NCBI GenBank assembly: GCA_030428385.1
Contig: JAUIDY010000009.1
Location: 23,655-87,654, forward strand
From: Rhodothermia bacterium
GTDB lineage: Bacteria; Bacteroidota; Rhodothermia; Rhodothermales; JAAAOL01
Length of the DNA stretch: 64,000 nt
Direction of reading: 5' to 3'
The position numbers and the translations under genes are program-made. Shown piece by piece: positions 19,137-27,080 of the stretch. The notes beneath the pieces are model-generated. The model made no database searches, was not told where the DNA came from, and saw only the letters and a program-made list of their open reading frames with translations. Positions within the stretch are counted from its first letter, which is position 1; each line of letters opens with the position of its first letter.

Positions 19137-20468
19137 CTATGCCCGCAGCGGCTCGCCAAACTTGGTGTCGATGGTGATGCCGAGGTCTTTGAGCATGGCG
19201 GTAGGCAGCGTGCCGCCGGCGAAGATGAAGACGTAGTCGTTGGGAAGGGTGTGGCTTTCGCCCTCCGCCCCGCGATAGGTTACCGACGCCTCTGTGATTT
19301 CGGTGAGGTTGGTTTCACGCAAGAAGTTGATGCGCCCGTTCATGATGGCATCCTCGATGCGTTCCTGATTGAGCGGCTTGAGACGGCTGAACTTGGCCTT
19401 GCGGTACGACAGGCGCACGTCGTTGCCCGGCTGTTCGCTGAGTGCCAGCGCGGCCTCGATGGCGGAATCGCCGCCGCCCACTACGGTAACACGACACTGC
19501 TGATACTGGTCGGGCTCCAGCAGCGAATACGCGACGTTGGGGCTGTTTTCGCCGGAAACGCCCAACTTGCGCGGGATGCCGCGCCGCCCGATGGCGAGCA
19601 CGATGCGGCGGGTGGTGTAGGTAGACTGGCTCGTGCGTACGACAAACAACCCATCTCTCCCTCGCTCGGCCCCTTCAAACATTTCGCCGGTACGGATGTG
19701 CGCATCGACGTTGGTTTGGGCAATGATGTCCTCCCAGGTTGCAATCAGGTCTTCCTTCGAGATCTGCTTGAACGTAAGCTTACCATAACCCGGCACGTGA
19801 ATCGGGAAGGTCATCACCAGCTTACGGCGCGGGTAATACCGCACGGTCCCGCCGATGTCTTCTTTCTCGATGGTGACAAACCGCAGGTTGTGGTGCAGGC
19901 AGTTCAACGATGCCGCCAGCCCCGCCGGGCCACACCCCACAATCAACACATCGTAGGCGTCGTCGGGCGTCCGCTTTTTCTCTTGCACAATACCTTCGAC
20001 ACACTGCCGCGCCTGCTCGAAGGCGTTGCGGATCAGCCCCATCCCACCTAGTTCGCCCACCACGTAGATGCCATCCTCATTCGTCTCGAAGTTTTCCTGG
20101 ATGCGGGGAATATCGACGCCGCGCTTCGCCGTACCCAGCACCAGTTGAATGGCCTCTACGGGGCACGAGCGTTCGCAGAGACCGTGGCCCACGCAGTGCG
20201 TCGCGTTGATCGTCACTGCCTGCCCCGCGATGAGCCCCAGCACGTCTTTTTCGGGGCACACCGCCATACAGTTCGCCGCGCCAATACAAATGTTGGGATT
20301 CACGACAGGGTGTAGCGACGCCGGTTCGGCCCCGCCCTGCGCCTGTACTTTCTCAAGGGCGGCTTCCGCCTTGCGCTCGGCCTTGCGGTGCTTCAGGTAA
20401 TAGGGCAGCATAAACACCAGCACGAGCAGACCCGCCACCAGCCAGATGAGTGTCGTTTCGTCCAGCAT
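19137..20468 (-). CDS. Membrane-anchored ferredoxin-domain / FAD-NAD(P)-binding oxidoreductase (thioredoxin-reductase-like fold, no CxxC disulfide)
   Basis: Start re-set to MLDETTLIWLVAGLLVLVFML. The longer ORF would overlap the upstream gene; the ATG sits in a TGATG overlap at 20466-20470. One N-terminal TM helix followed by KHRKAERK. Two ferredoxin-type motifs, CIGAANCMAVCP and CVGHGLCERSCP. GxGxxG motifs DVLIVGCGPAG and VTVVGGGDSAIEAA. Confidence 0.8.
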   Translation of the reverse strand: MLDETTLIWLVAGLLVLVFMLPYYLKHRKAERKAEAALEKVQAQGGAEPASLHPVVNPNICIGAANCMAVCPEKDVLGLIAGQAVTINATHCVGHGLCERSCPVEAIQLVLGTAKRGVDIPRIQENFETNEDGIYVVGELGGMGLIRNAFEQARQCVEGIVQEKKRTPDDAYDVLIVGCGPAGLAASLNCLHHNLRFVTIEKEDIGGTVRYYPRRKLVMTFPIHVPGYGKLTFKQISKEDLIATWEDIIAQTNVDAHIRTGEMFEGAERGRDGLFVVRTSQSTYTTRRIVLAIGRRGIPRKLGVSGENSPNVAYSLLEPDQYQQCRVTVVGGGDSAIEAALALSEQPGNDVRLSYRKAKFSRLKPLNQERIEDAIMNGRINFLRETNLTEITEASVTYRGAEGESHTLPNDYVFIFAGGTLPTAMLKDLGITIDTKFGEPLRA

Positions 20469-22126
20469 CAGAAGCTCCACCACAGGCTGGTGTTGAGGGC
20501 GACGTTTCGCAGCGACGCACCTTGCTGCACCCGCACCTGGGTGCTCGATTGCAACCGACGGCGCAGCGGCACTACCACCTGCACCGACGCAGCGTGTGTT
20601 ACGAGCGGAGCCCGCGAGAGCGTGGTGGTGCGCGCAAACTGGTACTGCACCCGCGTCCGCAGCTTCTGATACCGATGCGTCACGCCCGTGTTGATAAAAA
20701 GCGACGTGCCCCGGTCCGCGTCCCAGTAACTGACCATTGCGTTGCCGCCCAACCCCCCGATGCCGAGGTCGGGATGCTGAATATAGCCGCTCCATGTCCG
20801 GCTCGTAGTGGTGCCCTCGGAACGGTTCAGCGACAGGTCGCCGCCCAGCGTAGCACGGGCGATTTGCCACGTGACACCTGCGCTGGCCTGATCGCGACGG
20901 TCGGCGATGACGCGGGCGATGCGCCAGATGCTGTACGGTCGCCGCACCTGATACCGACCGCGCAGGTGTAGCCGCTGGGCGAGCCGGACGTTGCTGCGCA
21001 CGTAAAACTGCGACGCCACCCAGTTGCCCTCCAGCGGGTCACGGTCCACCTGGATGTCACTCCGAAGGCTCCACGCCCCAACTTGCACCCGTTGCGACAG
21101 CCCCGCAAAACGATGCGTCAGCAGGTCATTGGTGGGGCGCACTTCGTTGAACGAGACCTCGGCGCTGTAGCGTACGCCATCGCGGTCGCCCACCGCAAAA
21201 TCGGCGAAGGCAGAATAGCGCGGCATCGTCGAAGAGAACCCTTCGTTGCTGCGATCGGGCATAAACCCCACTGCCGTCCCGATGCCTGCACGGTCTCCTG
21301 CATACCGTACCAGCAAACCGTCCCAGTAGCCGCTGAACCGTTCGTAGCGGTTGTAAAACCGTCCCGCCTCCACCACGGCGTTGTGAAACGACCGGGACAG
21401 CTTGGCCTCGTAGGTCCGAAAACTCGTCGTGGGTGTGATGGCACGGCCTGAGGTGTAGCGGTAGTCGGTGCGGAGACGGGTCTGAAAGCGCAGGCCTCCG
21501 GGCAAATTGCGCACGTTGAGGTTCACGCCCAGCGACGGCGTCGCAAACGTACGCGATGTGCGGTTGGTCACTCCGTCGGTCATTCCGCGATCTCCCTGCC
21601 GGTCCGTTGTCCACTCCGTCACCGAATACGACGTATTCAGCCCAAGCAGGATACGCCCCGACACGTCCAATTCCCTTTGCCTTCGGGTTGCTGTTGCCGT
21701 ACGACGCGGCGGCACAGCATTTTGTGTACCGACATCCCGTGTCGGCACTTCGTCCGCTGGCACTACGGTCTCCGATGGTGCATCCTCAACAATGGCCGGT
21801 GGCACAGCTTCTTCCGCAGAACTGACCTGTAATTCCAGATCCATGCCCAACGTCACCGGAAACGGCGGTCCGGCAAACGTCACCACGCTGCGGTCTGACA
21901 TGCTGCTGATTACGAGAAAAGCGCCCTGCACCTCGCCGCCCATAAACACCGCCAGTGTGTCGTCCGGCAGCACCTGCTCACCCCGCCCCACATCCAGGTA
22001 GAGGTTCTGCCCGGCGATGTACGTCACCCGTGCCGGAATCCGGGCCTCCTGCGCCTGTGCCACCGATGCGCCCATCATCCCGCACAACAAAAACGCTATG
22101 TGCCAGCGGCTAATCCTTTTCACCAT
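20468..22126 (-). CDS. Outer-membrane beta-barrel-type protein (candidate porin partner of the cytochromes)
   Basis: Signal peptide MVKRISRWHIAFLLCGMMGASVAQAQ and a ~100-aa N-terminal soluble domain. This is followed by a low-complexity linker and ~400 aa of alternating amphipathic strands ending ...LNTSLWWSF (terminal aromatic OMP signature). Confidence 0.65.
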   Translation of the reverse strand: MVKRISRWHIAFLLCGMMGASVAQAQEARIPARVTYIAGQNLYLDVGRGEQVLPDDTLAVFMGGEVQGAFLVISSMSDRSVVTFAGPPFPVTLGMDLELQVSSAEEAVPPAIVEDAPSETVVPADEVPTRDVGTQNAVPPRRTATATRRQRELDVSGRILLGLNTSYSVTEWTTDRQGDRGMTDGVTNRTSRTFATPSLGVNLNVRNLPGGLRFQTRLRTDYRYTSGRAITPTTSFRTYEAKLSRSFHNAVVEAGRFYNRYERFSGYWDGLLVRYAGDRAGIGTAVGFMPDRSNEGFSSTMPRYSAFADFAVGDRDGVRYSAEVSFNEVRPTNDLLTHRFAGLSQRVQVGAWSLRSDIQVDRDPLEGNWVASQFYVRSNVRLAQRLHLRGRYQVRRPYSIWRIARVIADRRDQASAGVTWQIARATLGGDLSLNRSEGTTTSRTWSGYIQHPDLGIGGLGGNAMVSYWDADRGTSLFINTGVTHRYQKLRTRVQYQFARTTTLSRAPLVTHAASVQVVVPLRRRLQSSTQVRVQQGASLRNVALNTSLWWSF

Positions 22127-25100
22127 TGGGATGACACGAATAACACGCGTTGGATTCGTAGATGTAGCCCGGCACTTCGTCGTGATCCTCGTTTGTTTCC
22201 TGCAAGGTGTGGCAGGTCAGGCAGGTGAAGACCATAAAGTCATCGGGCTGTTGGTGGCAATCCTGACAGGTGTTCCACTCCTCATCATGTTTGCCGGAGA
22301 AAATGGGGAAGTAGTCGCCGTCGTGGTTGAAGTCGGCAGGCTGCCAGGCGTCGGGGTTATGGCAACTGAGGCACGTCGTCGGATAGCCTTGCCCGCCGTG
22401 CTCCTGCTGAAAATCGGGCTGGTGACACGTAAAACAGTCGTTTTCATCGGACGGATCGAACAGCGGAATCAAATCCGGCGGCGGCCCATGACACGCCGAG
22501 CAGGGCAGGCTGATATGCGACCCAATCAGGTCGAAGCCGCCAGACACCGTGCCATGCTCGAAAACCGCGCCTTCCCAGGTATCAACAGTATGGCATTCCA
22601 GGCAGGTGGTCGGAAAACCACTGCCGCCATGCTGGCCGTCGTAGTCCGTCTGATGACAGGCGATGCAATCGTTCTGGTCGAGCGGCGTAAACAGCGGATC
22701 GAAGGCGGGCGGTGGCGCGTGACAGGCCGCACACGGCAGCGGGGCATGCGCACCCACCAGCGCAAAGCCGTTTGCCGAGGTCGCGTGGTTGAATGTGGCG
22801 TTTTCCCAATCTTCCACATCGTGACACGTGGCGCAGGTGAATGGGAAGCCGTCCGCCGCGTGCTGCGTCTGGTAATCCGTCTGATGGCACGCGTAGCAAT
22901 CCTGGTCATCCGTGGGGTTATAAATCAGGTCGAAGTCAGGCGGTGGTGTGTGGCACTGCTGGCAATCGAGATCCTCATGCGAGCCCAGCAGGTTAAAGCC
23001 GCCTGATGCCACGGCGTGGTCAAATACTGCATCGTCCCAGGTGTCGGTGGCGTGACAATCGAGGCAGGTGGTCGGGAAGCCGGTCCCCGCGTGCTCGTCA
23101 TCGTAATCGCTCTGGTGGCAGGCAATGCAATCGTTCTGATCCAGCGGCGTAAACAGCGGCGAAAAATCGGGCGGCGGCGCATGACAGGCCGCGCAGGGCA
23201 GTGGCGCGTGCGCTCCCACGAGCGCAAAGCCATTCGCTGAGGTCGCGTGATCGAACGCAGCGTTTTCCCAGTCCTCTACGTTATGGCACGTCGCACAGGT
23301 AAACGGGAAGCCGTCGGCTGCATGCTGCGCCTGATAGTCCGGCTGGTGACAGGCGTAGCAGTCCTGATCATCCGTTGGATCGAACAGCGGCACCAGATCC
23401 GGCGGGGGGCCGTGGCATGACGCGCAGTCCAGCACTTCATGCGCGCCCAGCAGATTAAAGCCGCCTGACGACACGGCATGATCAAACGCCGTCGCGTCCC
23501 AGCTATCCGTCCCGTGACACGTCAGGCACGTCGTTGGGAAGCCACTCCCGCCGTGTTGCTCGTCATAGTCGGGCTGGTGGCAGGCAAAACAATCCTGATC
23601 GCTGGTGGGATCAAACAGCGGCACGAGGTCAGGTGGCGGGCCGTGGCACGACGCACAGTCCAGCGCCGCATGCGCACCGAGCAGATTAAAGCCATCCGAA
23701 GACGCTGCATGCTCGAAGTCGGCCCCATCCCAACTGTTGGTGCCATGGCAGGTCAGGCAAGTCGTCGGGAAACCACTTCCGCCGTGCTGGGCATCGTAAT
23801 CCGGTTGGTGGCAACTGATGCAATCGTCCTGGTTCAGCGGCTCGAACAGCGGATCGTAGCCAGGCGGAGGGCCATGGCACGCCGAACATGCCAAAGCGTT
23901 GTGCGCTCCCACCAGCACAAAGCCATCGGCCACGGTCTCGTGCGCAAATGTTACGCCTGTCCAGTCGTTGGCATTGTGGCAATCGAGGCAGGTCGTGGGG
24001 AAGCCGCCACCCGCGTGCTGGGCGTCGAAGTCGGGTTGGTGGCACGCGATGCAATCATTCACCCCATCCGGCGTAAACAACGGCGTCAGATCCGGCGGCG
24101 GGCCGTGGCACGAGGCGCAATCCAGCCCATCGTGCGCCCCGATTAAGCCGAAGCCGTTCGAGGCCACGGCGTGATCAAACGCCCCAGTCTCCCAACTGTC
24201 GATGCCGTGGCACGTGGTACACGTCGTTGGGAAGCCGCTGCCACCGTGCTGAGCGTCGTAATCCGGCTGGTGGCAGGCATAACAGTCCTGATCATTGGCC
24301 GGGGTAAACAGGGGTGTCAGATCCGGCGGCGGGCCATGACACGCAGAACAGTCCAGCGCGTCGTGTGCACCGAGCAGGTTAAAGCCTCCCGACGGAACGG
24401 CATGATCAAACGCCCCGCTGTCCCAACTCTCAGTGCCGTGACACGTCGTGCAGGTTGTGGGAAAACCACTGCCCGCATGCTCGTCGTCATAATCAGCTTG
24501 ATGGCAGGCCACGCAGTCCTGGTTGTCGGCGGGCGCAAAAAGGGGCGTCAAGTCCGGCGGCGGGCCGTGGCACGAGGCGCAATCCAGCACGTCATGCGCG
24601 CCTTGCAACGCGAAGCCGCCGGAGGCTCCCACATGGTCAAACGTGCCGCCTTCCCACGCATCTACCCCGTGGCAGCGCAGACAGGTGGTCGGGAAGCCGC
24701 TGCCGCCATGCTCCTCGTCGTAATCGGGCTGGTGACACGTAATACAATCGTCCTGACCCGACGGCATAAACAACGGCTCGTACGACGGCTCTTGATGACA
24801 CGCCGCGCATTCCAGGGTGTTGTGCGCGCCCACCAGCCCAAAGCCATTGGCAATGCCCGCGTGATCCAGCGAAATTTCGTCCCAATCCTCCACGTTGTGA
24901 CACGTCTCGCACGTGGTCGGGAAGTTGCTCCCGCCATGCTCATCCTGATAGTCGGGCTGATGACAGGCAAAACAGTCTTGGTCGTTGGCGGGCGCAAAAA
25001 GGGGCGTCAAGTCCGGCGGCGGGCCGTGGCAGTTCTGGCATTCCAGGTCGCCATGCGCCCCCAGCAGGTTAAAGCCGTCCGAAATGATGGCGTGGTCAAA

Positions 25101-27080
25101 CGCATCGCTGTCCCAGCTATCCGTGCCGTGGCAGGTGGTACACGTCGTCGGGAAGCCGCTGCCACCGTGCTCCTCTTGATAATCGGGCTGGTGACAGGTG
25201 TAGCAATCCTGATCGTTGGCCGGGGTAAACAGGGGTGTCAGATCCGGCGGGGGGCCGTGGCACGCGGAGCACGGCAAGGCGTTGTGCGCGCCGAGCAAAC
25301 CGAATCCTCCCGAAGCTCCGTCATGGGCAAATGTCGCGTCGCGCCAATCCTCGGCGTTGTGGCACGTCTGGCACGTCGTGGGATACCCCGTTCCGGCATG
25401 CGCGCCGTCGTAATCAGGCTGGTGGCACGTGAGGCAATCCTCGGTGCCGCTCGGCGCAAACAGCGGGTCGAAGGCGGGCGGCGGAGCATGGCAGGCGCTG
25501 CACGGCTGCTCCTCATGCGTCCCGATGAGGGCAAAGCCATTGGCCGACACGGCGTGGTCGAACTGCGCCTCGTCCCAGTCCTCCAGGTTGTGACACGTCT
25601 GGCACGTAAACGGGAAACCGTCGCCGCCGTGCTCATCCTGATAGTCGGGCTGGTGACACGCGATGCAGTCGTCGGGGCTGGCGGCGGCAAACAGCGGCGA
25701 AAAGTCGGGCGGGGCGTTGTGACACGCGAAACAGTTCAACACACGGTGCGCCCCCGCGAGGTCGAAGCCCCCCGACGCAGCGGCATGATCAAATGCACCG
25801 CTGTCCCAACTATCCGTGCCATGACAGGTGAGGCACGTGGTTGGATAACCGCTGCCGCCGTGTTCTTGCTGAAAATCGGACTGGTGACAGGTGATGCAAT
25901 CGTCGGTGGCGCTCGGTGTAAACAAGGGGTCAAAGGCAGGCGGGACCGTGTGGCACGCGGAGCACGGCATCGCCTCATGCGCGCCGATCAGCGCAAAGCC
26001 GTTGGCCGAGGCGGCGTGGTCGAAGACGCCTTCGGTCCAGTCGTCGGCGTTGTGGCATGTCTGGCACGTCGTCGGGTAGCCTTGCCCGCCGTGGGCGCTC
26101 GCAAAGTCCGGCTGGTGACACGTCAGGCAGTCATCATTGCCGCTCGGCATAAACAGCGGCTCAAAACCCGGCGGGGCCTGATGACATGCGGCGCAATCGA
26201 GCCCGTCGTGCGCGCCAAGCAAGGCAAAGCCATCGGCCACGCTGGCATGGTCAAACACCGCGTTTTCCCACGAGTCGAGGGCGTGGCAGTCGAGGCAGGC
26301 TGTCGGGAAACTGGCATTGTGCACGGCGTCATAATCCGCCTGGTGACACGTCAGGCAGTCGTCGTTGCCCGCGGGCGCAAATAACACATCGAAGCCGGGA
26401 GGCTCGGTGTGGCACGCGGAGCACGGCAACACGTCGTGCGCGCCGAGCAGGGCAAAGCCTGCCGCAAACGCGGTGTGGTCGAAGGGTGGAACGTCGAGCC
26501 AGGCGGTAGAGCCGTGGCAGGTGTCGCAGGTCGTGGGGAAACCGTCGGCGGCGTGCGCTACATCATAATCGGGCGTATGGCAGGCGAGGCATTCGGTGTC
26601 GAGCGGACTGAACGCCCCGCCCTCATCCGACGTGTGGCAACTCGCGCAGGTGATCTGGGCGTGCGCTCCGGTGAGCGGGAACTGGGTGCGGTTGTGCACC
26701 TCCAGCCCGTTCACGTCCAGAAAGGTCGTGGTGTTGTGGCACTCAATACACGCCTCCTCAAACTGCCCCAGATGCACGTCCACATGGCACGTCGCGCAGT
26801 TGTTGGCTTCCACCTTCGGTGCGTCGAAGCGCAGGTCGAGGTGACACGTCGCACAGGTGGTTTGTGTATGACTTCCGGTGAGCGGAAAGGTGGTCTGGCG
26901 GTTGTGGTCAAACAGCAGCGAGTCGAGCAGGGGCGTCCAGCCATCGGTGCGGTGACAGTTGGCGCAGTCGAGCCCCTCCGGCAGCGTCCCGTGCGGATTA
27001 TCCGTCCGTGCCTGTGCCTGCGCCGACATCACGCCGATGCTGAGCAAAAGGAGCGCTATGACGAAGCCTGCGTATCTCAT
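22110..27080 (-). CDS. Giant multihaem c-type cytochrome, 64 CxxCH motifs (18 tandem tri-haem modules)
   Basis: I counted 64 CxxCH by eye. Sec signal peptide MRYAGFVIALLLLSIGVMSAQAQA. The start at 27080 forms an ATGA overlap with the upstream stop; the ORF track offers an alternative start at 27095. There is no lipobox and no T9SS CTD. Confidence 0.9.
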   Translation of the reverse strand: MRYAGFVIALLLLSIGVMSAQAQARTDNPHGTLPEGLDCANCHRTDGWTPLLDSLLFDHNRQTTFPLTGSHTQTTCATCHLDLRFDAPKVEANNCATCHVDVHLGQFEEACIECHNTTTFLDVNGLEVHNRTQFPLTGAHAQITCASCHTSDEGGAFSPLDTECLACHTPDYDVAHAADGFPTTCDTCHGSTAWLDVPPFDHTAFAAGFALLGAHDVLPCSACHTEPPGFDVLFAPAGNDDCLTCHQADYDAVHNASFPTACLDCHALDSWENAVFDHASVADGFALLGAHDGLDCAACHQAPPGFEPLFMPSGNDDCLTCHQPDFASAHGGQGYPTTCQTCHNADDWTEGVFDHAASANGFALIGAHEAMPCSACHTVPPAFDPLFTPSATDDCITCHQSDFQQEHGGSGYPTTCLTCHGTDSWDSGAFDHAAASGGFDLAGAHRVLNCFACHNAPPDFSPLFAAASPDDCIACHQPDYQDEHGGDGFPFTCQTCHNLEDWDEAQFDHAVSANGFALIGTHEEQPCSACHAPPPAFDPLFAPSGTEDCLTCHQPDYDGAHAGTGYPTTCQTCHNAEDWRDATFAHDGASGGFGLLGAHNALPCSACHGPPPDLTPLFTPANDQDCYTCHQPDYQEEHGGSGFPTTCTTCHGTDSWDSDAFDHAIISDGFNLLGAHGDLECQNCHGPPPDLTPLFAPANDQDCFACHQPDYQDEHGGSNFPTTCETCHNVEDWDEISLDHAGIANGFGLVGAHNTLECAACHQEPSYEPLFMPSGQDDCITCHQPDYDEEHGGSGFPTTCLRCHGVDAWEGGTFDHVGASGGFALQGAHDVLDCASCHGPPPDLTPLFAPADNQDCVACHQADYDDEHAGSGFPTTCTTCHGTESWDSGAFDHAVPSGGFNLLGAHDALDCSACHGPPPDLTPLFTPANDQDCYACHQPDYDAQHGGSGFPTTCTTCHGIDSWETGAFDHAVASNGFGLIGAHDGLDCASCHGPPPDLTPLFTPDGVNDCIACHQPDFDAQHAGGGFPTTCLDCHNANDWTGVTFAHETVADGFVLVGAHNALACSACHGPPPGYDPLFEPLNQDDCISCHQPDYDAQHGGSGFPTTCLTCHGTNSWDGADFEHAASSDGFNLLGAHAALDCASCHGPPPDLVPLFDPTSDQDCFACHQPDYDEQHGGSGFPTTCLTCHGTDSWDATAFDHAVSSGGFNLLGAHEVLDCASCHGPPPDLVPLFDPTDDQDCYACHQPDYQAQHAADGFPFTCATCHNVEDWENAAFDHATSANGFALVGAHAPLPCAACHAPPPDFSPLFTPLDQNDCIACHQSDYDDEHAGTGFPTTCLDCHATDTWDDAVFDHAVASGGFNLLGSHEDLDCQQCHTPPPDFDLIYNPTDDQDCYACHQTDYQTQHAADGFPFTCATCHDVEDWENATFNHATSANGFALVGAHAPLPCAACHAPPPAFDPLFTPLDQNDCIACHQTDYDGQHGGSGFPTTCLECHTVDTWEGAVFEHGTVSGGFDLIGSHISLPCSACHGPPPDLIPLFDPSDENDCFTCHQPDFQQEHGGQGYPTTCLSCHNPDAWQPADFNHDGDYFPIFSGKHDEEWNTCQDCHQQPDDFMVFTCLTCHTLQETNEDHDEVPGYIYESNACYSCHPNGEKD

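Noticed and set aside
18573-20051. A 492-aa + strand ORF spanning the GNAT and flavoprotein loci.
   Set aside because: It is antisense to two well-supported minus-strand genes that carry clear family motifs. Its composition is Arg/Gly-rich junk.
19137-20870. The longer 577-aa version of the flavoprotein ORF (start at 20870).
   Set aside because: The extra 134 aa would overlap the barrel gene by about 400 nt in another frame and look non-coding (Arg/Ala/Gly-rich). The internal ATG at 20468 gives a clean TM helix and a TGATG junction.
22389-26543. A ~230-bp tandem periodicity that could be mistaken for a CRISPR array or a non-coding satellite.
   Set aside because: The repeats are in frame and uninterrupted, and they encode conserved CxxCH/His modules. 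There is no short-repeat/unique-spacer organisation and there are no cas genes.
22110-27080. Whether the giant cytochrome is itself a T9SS substrate, like many neighbouring genes.
   Set aside because: Its C-terminus (...NACYSCHPNGEKD) shows none of the T9SS CTD pattern seen in the four cargo proteins of this window.
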